Positions 28,883-35,958 of a stretch of 35,958 bases of DNA are shown here, one piece after another (the stretch's first letter is position 1; every line of letters begins with the position of its first letter). This stretch comes from Snowella sp. GTDB taxonomy: Bacteria; Cyanobacteriota; Cyanobacteriia; Cyanobacteriales; Microcystaceae. Position numbers and translations under genes: made by a program. The notes below the pieces were generated by a model, which was not told where the DNA came from, searched no databases, and saw only the letters and a program-made list of their open reading frames with translations. Location: positions 1 through 35,958 of the forward strand of contig JAYKGY010000069.1 in NCBI GenBank assembly GCA_035285545.1, written 5' to 3'.

Positions 28883-29105
28883 AGAAATCGAAAATATTCC
28901 CGACTCCGCCATAGATACCTCCGATATCCCCGAACTAGACGAGCATTTCTGGGCCAACGCCAAAATGGTCAGACCGATCGCCAAAAAAGCCATCTCGATT
29001 CGGATAGATGAGGATATTTTGGATTGGTTTAAAAATAAAGGTAAAAATTACCAAACGATGATTAATACTGTTCTTCGCTCTTATGTCGAACATCATCAAA
29101 AGTAA
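28857..29105 (+). CDS. brnA: BrnA-family antitoxin
   Basis: IDTSDIPELD..FW and K..ISIRID.DILDWFK..G..YQT.IN.VLR.Y; overlaps brnT. Confidence 0.9.
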   Translation: MTISDERLKEIENIPDSAIDTSDIPELDEHFWANAKMVRPIAKKAISIRIDEDILDWFKNKGKNYQTMINTVLRSYVEHHQK

Positions 29106-29224
29106 ATAGATGCAAATTTAGCGTTTTAGGAGTTACAGTTCAAAAAATTCTCTTTACACCACCGTTTTCATCAAGAAAGCGACAAAGTATAAATCAAACA
29201 GACATGTTTTTCGTTCTTAAATTT

Positions 29225-29252
29225 AACCCCGACCTCCGAACTCCTAACCCTT
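29225..29252. repeat. STRR-like heptamer tandem repeat (4 degenerate units)
   Basis: AACCCCG ACCTCCG AACTCCT AACCCTT. Confidence 0.5.
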
Positions 29253-29601
29253 AACTGGTCTTAAGTTTACTCAGCGTGATCACCTTTAACTAATTCCCAT
29301 AGGTACTCTGCATCATATCCCCCTGCACCAAAACCTTCTTTTGTAACTTCGATTTTTTTGCCGTTAACTTAACCGTCTCCTGCCCATTCACTGGCACAGG
29401 GCCACTCGGCGTTGTTTGAATTCCCGTAAACATAAACTTACACTCAGCCTCATAAACAACTCCTTTTCCCCCAACCTTTAACTTCGGGTACGCCTTCACC
29501 TGTACGGGTAAAGCAGTCCAAACACCCGATTGAGCAGGCGGATAGGGCATAGCCCCAGGCATCGCAAACACCTCACCCTGAACAGCAATTGACTTTCCCA
29601 T
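29251..29601 (-). CDS. Putative CIS spike-tip (PAAR-like) protein with internal amber stop at 29290-29292
   Basis: Small Pro/Gly-rich beta protein (KLKVGGK.VV, C.F.F.G, VLVQGD) divergent from the CIS ATPase. After YGN-TAG the frame continues LKVITLSKLKTS-TAA. Confidence 0.55.
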
Positions 29602-29715
29602 AAATTAAACCTCTGGCTTAAAAATCGATAGAGCAATTCGGCGATAACTCCCCACTAATCTTAAATTTTAGTTTTCCTACGCAGTGATCTGAAGAGCAAC
29701 CCTTAATATATCAAG

Positions 29716-31884
29716 ATGGGACGAACTTTTGCCCTCAGATTATCAATCCCTCACAGAATTTCATCCATGATGCCATCGGCACTCACCCCCCTAGAAGAAC
29801 TGCTTCCCGCCCTCCAGTTACTAGATGGGCTACTTGACCGTAGTATGCAGCTAACAGAAGCCCTGCAACCCAATAGCATTAGCGCAACCCAACCCAACTG
29901 CGACCAACTCCGCCAAATTGAACTTGTCCTCCCGCCTGGCTATCCCCGCTATAGTCCCGCCCAATTCTCCGAATTACCGAGTAGTCAGATTCAGCCATCT
30001 TCACGGCTAGGGAAGCTACAACGCGAATTTGGCTTAACTCCCTTCGATCTGAATATTATCCTTATTGTCCTTGCCCCCGAACTGGATCGCCGCTATGAAC
30101 AAATTTATGCCTACCTACAACAGGATGGACGAGCCATTCGCCCCAGCATTGATTTAGTCCTGAATTTGCTTTGTACTACAACTCCTGAAAAACTCCAACG
30201 GCGATCGCGCTTTGCCCCCACTACTCCCCTGCGTCACCATGCTTTGTTACACCTTATTTCTCCCCAGCCTACTAATCCCTCCTCCCTGCTAGCTCAAGAA
30301 ATTAGCCTTGATCCAGCGATTATCCGCTATTTACTGGATGAAACAGGACTTGATGCTGATCTGAGCTTTTATTGTTCGCTTATTCCCATACCCTTATCAC
30401 CTCAGCAAACTAACCTGTCTGAGTCATTGGTGCAGCAAATCGAAACGATTCTCAAACGGAACGCGATCGCTGAAACTCAAGATTTTTTAAACCCTCTCCG
30501 ACTTTATCTGCAAAGTACCGATACCGTTCTGCCGCAACAGTTTGCCCAAGGATTGGCTTATCATCTAGATCGTCCCCTACTCATCGTTGATTTAGAAAGC
30601 CTGGCACGGCAACCCGATCAATTTCCCCAACGCTTACGAAGACTGGGCCGCGATGCCTGGTTACAACACGCTCTCCTCTACCTACATTCTGTTGATAGCC
30701 TACATCAAGAGACTTCCCAACCTCTCTACACTTTTCTGATCGACCTCCTCGCCCTGCTTGATCTGCCAATCATTGTCGCGGGTCGTCAGTCTTGGCAACC
30801 TCCTAGCGATCGCGCTTTTGGCATGGTCACAATTTCTCTGACTCCACCCGATTTTCAATCTCGTTATACTTGCTGGGAAGACCATTTGGCCAAGATAGGG
30901 TTAACCGTTGAACCAACGACCATAACAGCTTTGGCAGATCGATTTCGGCTAACCTCGACCCAAATTCAAGCCGCGATCGCTACGACTCAAAATCAATTAG
31001 CCTACACGGTCAATCCCCCATCTATTGAAGCCACCTTGTTTCAATCCGCTCGTAACCAATCGGGACATCAACTAATGAAACTGGCCCAACCGATCCAGCC
31101 TCGATACGGTTGGTCAGATTTGGTACTACCAGACTTGCAACTTGAACAATTACAGGAGATCTGTATTCATCTCAAGCACCGCCACACTGTTTTTGAAACT
31201 TGGGGTTTTGATCGCAAGCTTTCTTTGGGTAAAGGGGTTAACGCCCTGTTTGCTGGATCGTCAGGAACGGGCAAAACGATGGCCGCCGAAGTCATTGCCA
31301 ATGTTCTTCAACTCGATCTATATCGTATTGACCTATCCCAAGTAGTGAGTAAATATATTGGCGAAACCGAGAAAAATCTCAATCAAATTTTTACTGCTGC
31401 GGCAAACGCTAATGCCATTCTACTCTTTGACGAAGCTGATGCACTGTTTGGTAAACGAACTGAAATTAAAGATTCCCATGATCGTTACGCCAATATTGAA
31501 GTGGGATACTTGTTGCAACAAATGGAAGCCTACGAAGGTTTGGCCATTCTGACAACAAACCTTAAGGGAAATTTAGATGAAGCCTTTATTCGTCGTTTGA
31601 GATTCATTGTGGACTTCCCTTTTCCCTCTATTCGAGAAAGATTGGGGATTTGGCAGAAAATTTGTCCCAGCACCCTGCCCATTGATCCAAACATTAATTG
31701 GCAAGCTCTAGCGGAGCAGTTTGAGATAACTGGGGGCAACATTCGCAATATTGCGCTGAGTGCAGCTTTTTGGGCAGCAGAAGCGGGAGAAAAGCTGACA
31801 AGTTCCCATCTTAAACGAGCGATTCGTCGGGAATATCAAAAAATGGGTAGACCGTTGATGGATAGTAAATTTGAGGACTTTTGA
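29716..31884 (+). CDS. CIS AAA+ ATPase (Afp15/Pvc15-like)
   Basis: N-terminal FGL..F...I....LAPELD.RY..IYAYLQ; Walker A GSSGTGKT, IDLSQVVSKYIGETEKNL, Walker B LFDEAD, DRYANIEV and REYQKMGR. Start may be ATG 29767. Confidence 0.88.
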   Translation: MGRTFALRLSIPHRISSMMPSALTPLEELLPALQLLDGLLDRSMQLTEALQPNSISATQPNCDQLRQIELVLPPGYPRYSPAQFSELPSSQIQPSSRLGKLQREFGLTPFDLNIILIVLAPELDRRYEQIYAYLQQDGRAIRPSIDLVLNLLCTTTPEKLQRRSRFAPTTPLRHHALLHLISPQPTNPSSLLAQEISLDPAIIRYLLDETGLDADLSFYCSLIPIPLSPQQTNLSESLVQQIETILKRNAIAETQDFLNPLRLYLQSTDTVLPQQFAQGLAYHLDRPLLIVDLESLARQPDQFPQRLRRLGRDAWLQHALLYLHSVDSLHQETSQPLYTFLIDLLALLDLPIIVAGRQSWQPPSDRAFGMVTISLTPPDFQSRYTCWEDHLAKIGLTVEPTTITALADRFRLTSTQIQAAIATTQNQLAYTVNPPSIEATLFQSARNQSGHQLMKLAQPIQPRYGWSDLVLPDLQLEQLQEICIHLKHRHTVFETWGFDRKLSLGKGVNALFAGSSGTGKTMAAEVIANVLQLDLYRIDLSQVVSKYIGETEKNLNQIFTAAANANAILLFDEADALFGKRTEIKDSHDRYANIEVGYLLQQMEAYEGLAILTTNLKGNLDEAFIRRLRFIVDFPFPSIRERLGIWQKICPSTLPIDPNINWQALAEQFEITGGNIRNIALSAAFWAAEAGEKLTSSHLKRAIRREYQKMGRPLMDSKFEDF

Positions 31885-32368
31885 GAAATGCAGAACGCCC
31901 ATAGATCAATGCTTTAAACTAACAAATTTGTTGTTTTTGATACAGGATTATTAAAATTGACAATCATTAAGTAAGCGATCGTTGACTAAAAACACTTCAT
32001 AAATCTTAGTAATTGCTAAAACTCTTTCTATACAAAAGACTAAAACAATGGTTACTTCCAATTATTTAAAAAGTAAAATGTAGAATATTAAGTTTTCTAA
32101 AGAAAAATTGCTTTTATTTTCAATTTAAAAAGCTTTATAAATAGCACTAGAAAATTATTAGGTGATTAACATATCATTATTTTCAATGAAAATCTTTATT
32201 CTCTAGACTGAAAATTAGCCTAACACAGAAGACCTTATAAGTCTGTGCTTTGATGTCAATTTAACTCTAAGGCTAAGAAATTTTTGTTAAAGCGATTTTT
32301 TGATTTTTCTGGTGTCTACTATTTTTATCAATGAATCTCCGATTCTTCTAAGCATTGAGAGTCTGTGA

Positions 32369-32950
32369 ATGCTAAATGATCTGAATTTGACCCTTGAAGA
32401 GTTACTAATGGCAGAGCTACCTCAACGGTTTAGCAGTACTCAAACTGCCATCACTTTTTGTACACCAGATCGACAGGTCATTGGCTTAAAAAGTAAATTT
32501 CCCGCACTCAATTTGTTTTTGTACGATATTCGTGAAAATCTCGAACTACGGAACAGCAGTTGGACAGTAACTCGCAATGATAATGGAACTGCCACACGAG
32601 AGCCTTCTCCCGCAAGGGTTGATTGTTCCTATTTGATAACAATGTGGCCAAACGATAGCGACGAAAAAAGCGTCCAAGTAGAGTATGAAATTCTTGGTGA
32701 AGTAATGCAAGTGTTGTTGCGCTATCCAAGGCTTCCACCTGAAATATTGCAAGGAAGTTTGAAGGACTTTCCCCCCCCTTTGCGATCTTCTGTGTTGGGA
32801 CAAACCAAGTTACAAAATCTGGGGGAATTTTGGCAGGCAATAGGAGGAAAACCGAGAGCGACACTTAATTACACCCTCACAATCTCAGTTCCAGTTCAAG
32901 AATCTCAAATCTGGCCATTAGTGACACAATTAGGAGAAAGTAATGGGTAA
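32369..32950 (+). CDS. DUF4255 / Pvc16-like CIS cap (tail terminator) protein
   Basis: L..TL..LL...L, LNLFLYDIREN.ELR, P.RVDCSYLIT.W and EFWQA.GGKPR..L.Y..T. Confidence 0.85.
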   Translation: MLNDLNLTLEELLMAELPQRFSSTQTAITFCTPDRQVIGLKSKFPALNLFLYDIRENLELRNSSWTVTRNDNGTATREPSPARVDCSYLITMWPNDSDEKSVQVEYEILGEVMQVLLRYPRLPPEILQGSLKDFPPPLRSSVLGQTKLQNLGEFWQAIGGKPRATLNYTLTISVPVQESQIWPLVTQLGESNG

Positions 32951-33632
32951 TATGATGACTTTCAGTTTAACAACTCGCCGAGTTGCCATTTGTGGTCAAG
33001 TTGTGATCGGTTACACAGTGGATGATGGAAAAACAGAAATTTTATCGACTCCAGTTTCACAAGCATTGGTGGAAATTAGCGAATACCCTGAGGGATTATT
33101 TAAACGGAAATTAAATCTCCTAAAATCCCTTAGCAATAGTCAAAAATGGGAGTCCTTATCTAATCGCCCTGATCGTACCCTAACGACGATTGATGGTTCT
33201 TTTCATTTTACAGATTTACCTTTAAGTAATTATACTTTAAGAGCATTTTACCCGTCTCAAAAGTTTTATCTCCAAACTGATGAAGTTTCCGTTACTGTTG
33301 TTGAGAGTCAAAAGCCAAACTGGGTTAATTTAATCCTCAAGGTATCTGGCATCGCTGGTCAGGTTATAGATCACAAAGGCAGTCCAGTTGTTTACGCCCA
33401 AGTCAAATTCAAAGACAGCAAAGAATATACCCTATGCGATCGCGATGGCAAGTTCCAACTTCTCAATCTCAAAACTCCGCCTTCCTCTCCAGTTCAATTA
33501 ATAGTTTCTGCACCTAACTATGATGATTTTACGACAAAAGATATTATTCTCTCAGAAGGCATTCTCTATTCTATTGAACCTATTCAACTTTCCAAAAAAT
33601 CACCGATGAAAAACAACGGAACTCCAACCTAA
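32943..33632 (+). CDS. Carboxypeptidase-regulatory-like (transthyretin-like beta sandwich) tandem-domain protein, CIS accessory
   Basis: Two G.V......PV..A.V.......T..DG.F....L....Y.L.....Y repeats; overlaps the DUF4255 gene. Confidence 0.75.
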   Translation: MGNMMTFSLTTRRVAICGQVVIGYTVDDGKTEILSTPVSQALVEISEYPEGLFKRKLNLLKSLSNSQKWESLSNRPDRTLTTIDGSFHFTDLPLSNYTLRAFYPSQKFYLQTDEVSVTVVESQKPNWVNLILKVSGIAGQVIDHKGSPVVYAQVKFKDSKEYTLCDRDGKFQLLNLKTPPSSPVQLIVSAPNYDDFTTKDIILSEGILYSIEPIQLSKKSPMKNNGTPT

Positions 33633-33733
33633 TTTGTTAGTAGATCAAAAAAATCTATAAATAAAACTAGATCGGTTCTCTTGGATTAGTCCTGTAAAAT
33701 ATTCAATAGTGATACAATTTTTTTGCGTTCTCT

Positions 33734-33774
33734 TGTAACTCTTTCTACAGAAGCAATGTAGCAATCAGTAATTT
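33734..33774 (+). promoter_or_regulatory. Candidate NtcA-activated promoter in the spacer upstream of the sheath gene
   Basis: TGTA-ACTCTTTC-TACA (33734-33749); TAN3T (TAATTT) at 33769-33774, 20 nt after TAC. Confidence 0.35.
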
Positions 33775-34335
33775 TTGATTGTCATGAAGCTTACAGGAGA
33801 GCCACTAGATCTTTGAACAAAAAAATAATAAGGTTAGACAACAAAACTTTAAGATTTTTTGAAAAGAAAGATTTAAGATTTAATACTTTACAAGATAATA
33901 GACATTGAGATAGTATGGTTTAGTGACTTGCTCTAAAAGTGATTATTAATTTAATTACTTTTTGTTCAAAAATAGCAATTTTTTGTTTTTTTAAAAGGCA
34001 TTTTGAGTCCTTTGATTTTTAGTGTTTCGATCTTGTATTTAGCAATTTATTTGTAAATAAATTTCTTAATCTAGTCGGCTTTGTTATCAAAGTAAAAACC
34101 TCGCGAAATTATCTAATGATTGTAATTGGAGCTGCGAGGATTCTAGAAAACAATCAAAGCTAACTTAGTTATTTAATTTGTTATTTAATTTGCCAAAAAA
34201 ACATCGCTTTTGTTTTTGAATTAGTGTGTGAAAAACTTTATTATGTGAAGTTACCAAACTCTCATTAGTGTATGAATGTAAATGCAATGCTAAGTAGATC
34301 AACCAAATAAAACATAAAATCTTTTTGCGCTTTAT

Positions 34336-34380
34336 TCCCCCTACCCCCCCTTGCTAAGAGGGGAGCCGATAGGCGGGGGA
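34336..34380. repeat. C/G-rich cyanobacterial-type palindromic repeat (nested hairpin)
   Basis: TCCCCCTACCCCCCCTT-GCT-AAGAGGGGAGCCGATAGGCGGGGGA. Confidence 0.65.
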
Positions 34381-34490
34381 TTTTATAAAAAATAAGGTTG
34401 ACTTACTTATTGTGTATTAACTTTTTAATTCAATACACTGTCTGGAAGAGCCATATTAATTCTTTCCTAACTACTCAGGAGTTTAAAATC

Positions 34491-35900
34491 ATGCCGACTT
34501 ATTCATCGCCTGGTGTCTATGTTGAAGAGGTGTCTTCTGGTTCTGCACCGATCACGGGAGCGGGGACGAGTGTTGCTGGATTTATCGGAATTATTACCGG
34601 TACTCCAACGATTAAAAAAATGCCAGTTTCAGTAGATACTGAAAATACTGGTAATACCAACAAAAAAAAGTTTGATCTACCCAGTATCACACTGAATGAG
34701 GGAGAAATTCTTTCTTTCGATCCAAGCAAAAATAAATCAGAATTATCTGTTGCGGGAAATCTTTTGATGGGGACGGATGCTTTTACGATCAGTATAAAAG
34801 ATAATACCCCCTCTATTGCCTTCAAAGAAAATGTTAGTCCAAGCGAAAAAATCACAGGTTTTTTGGAACTGTCGATCACTAAAGCGACTGAGCAAAAACT
34901 TAACTCGGTACTAGAAGGTGAAATCAAATTGATTACTAATTTCACTGAATTTAAACAATATTTTGGAGATTTTACCAAAGACAATCCAGAGCAAAATATT
35001 TTTGCCCATGCGGTTTATGGTTTCTTTCGCAATGGTGGAACTAGAGCCTATGTCACTTGGGCATCCGATGCTAAAGGTGTGGATGAGGTTTTAAGTGATT
35101 TTGAAGCTATTGATGAAATTAGTATTGTCGTCGCGCCCGGACAAACGGATGCAAATATTATCGGTAAAATTAAAGACCATGCCGCTACAATGGGCGATCG
35201 CATTGCCATTCTTGATAGTAAGCTCGATATTAATTTAGGCAGTGAAACCACGCCAACAGTGCCTGGATTTACCTCTGACGTTGCAGCGTTCTATTTTCCT
35301 TGGATTCAGGTTTACGATCCTGCCACAGAGACCAACATTTTTGTTCCGCCCAGTGGACATATTGCGGGCGTTTATTCCAGGGTTGATGGAGAAAGAGGTG
35401 TTCATAAAGCCCCTGCTAACGTTCCTCTTTTGGGTGCTTTGGATTTGCAATTTAACACCAGTAAAGCAAAGCAAGATGGGCTTAATCTCAAGGGTGTGAA
35501 TGTTATTCGTAAACTCAATGGCAATATTCTCGTCTGGGGAGCGCGTACCCTTGGTGATAAGAACGGAGAGTTTACATATATTAATGTTCGTCGTCATTTT
35601 TGTTATCTGAAAGACTCTATTGATAAAGGGACACAATGGGTTGTTTTTGAGCCGAATACCCCTGAACTTTGGTCTAAAATTCGTCGTAATATTTCTGCTT
35701 TTTTAACCTTAGAATGGCGTAAAGGAGCTTTATTTGGAACAACTCCCCAGGAAGCTTTTTATGTCAAATGTGATGCAGAAAATAATCCTCCTGCTCTACG
35801 GGATCTCGGTCAAGTGGTGATAGAAATCGGCGTTGCGGTGGTTAAACCGGCTGAATTTGTGATCTTTCGTTTGAGTCAGTGGTCTGGCACTAAAGAATAA
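34491..35900 (+). CDS. Contractile tail sheath protein (Afp2/3/4-like)
   Basis: MPTY.SPGVYVEEV, VYGFF.NGG, YFPWI, VPPSGH.AG...RVD..RGVHKAPAN, WGARTL, YINVRR, W.VFEPN and KPAEFVIFR. AGGAG RBS at 34477 supports ATG 34491. Confidence 0.95.
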   Translation: MPTYSSPGVYVEEVSSGSAPITGAGTSVAGFIGIITGTPTIKKMPVSVDTENTGNTNKKKFDLPSITLNEGEILSFDPSKNKSELSVAGNLLMGTDAFTISIKDNTPSIAFKENVSPSEKITGFLELSITKATEQKLNSVLEGEIKLITNFTEFKQYFGDFTKDNPEQNIFAHAVYGFFRNGGTRAYVTWASDAKGVDEVLSDFEAIDEISIVVAPGQTDANIIGKIKDHAATMGDRIAILDSKLDINLGSETTPTVPGFTSDVAAFYFPWIQVYDPATETNIFVPPSGHIAGVYSRVDGERGVHKAPANVPLLGALDLQFNTSKAKQDGLNLKGVNVIRKLNGNILVWGARTLGDKNGEFTYINVRRHFCYLKDSIDKGTQWVVFEPNTPELWSKIRRNISAFLTLEWRKGALFGTTPQEAFYVKCDAENNPPALRDLGQVVIEIGVAVVKPAEFVIFRLSQWSGTKE

Positions 35901-35958
35901 AATGCAGCAACTCCAATCCAAACTTCCTGGCGTTTATCTAACGGAAATTAGTCCTTCT

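Noticed and set aside
28556..28993. 145-aa hydrophobic minus-strand ORF
   Set aside because: Antisense shadow of the well-supported brnT/brnA pair.
34398..34490. 31-aa N-terminal extension of the sheath ORF
   Set aside because: TTG start without RBS; sheath proteins begin at MPTY.SPGVY, and AGGAG precedes ATG 34491.
34517..34984. 155-aa minus-strand ORF and other short antisense or overlapping ORFs in the track
   Set aside because: They lie within confidently assigned genes and show no independent motifs or RBS.
29716..35900. Prophage tail region or T6SS
   Set aside because: Sheath occurs with DUF4255, an Afp15-like ATPase and DUF4157; no head, terminase, integrase, TssB/C pair or membrane complex in the window.

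Overview
Cyanobacterial chromosomal window. HIP1 GCGATCGC occurs about 40 times by eye, and gifA, raf1 and the acpP-fabF-tkt block suggest a unicellular Chroococcales/Synechocystis-like host. Bases 1-3.0 kb are an accessory patch lacking HIP1, with an apparently C-terminally truncated NACHT NTPase and a DUF6883/DUF4926-like pair. Bases 3.1-23.4 kb are mostly housekeeping: AGE epimerase, gifA with an NtcA box, raf1, a lipoprotein SAM-methyltransferase plus APC permease, argD, a K+ channel, ilvA, tkt, fabF, acpP, cydAB and grpE-dnaK. Bases 23.7-36 kb are the start of an extracellular contractile injection system (eCIS/CIS) locus: spike-tip-like gene, Afp15-like AAA ATPase, DUF4255/Pvc16, a carboxypeptidase-regulatory-like protein and the tail sheath. 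In front of it lies a cargo array of two mosaic DUF4157 effectors, with a shared leader and promoter but different cores and C-terminal domains, interleaved with toxin-antitoxin modules. The most striking unexplained signal is a composite motif (HIP1 + TCTT + GTAG-type REP-like hairpin) recurring at module boundaries of this array, suggesting a cassette-like effector/TA exchange system. The array also holds a cut-off mazF stub, and the spike-tip gene has an in-frame amber stop. All family assignments come from motif recognition, not database searches.
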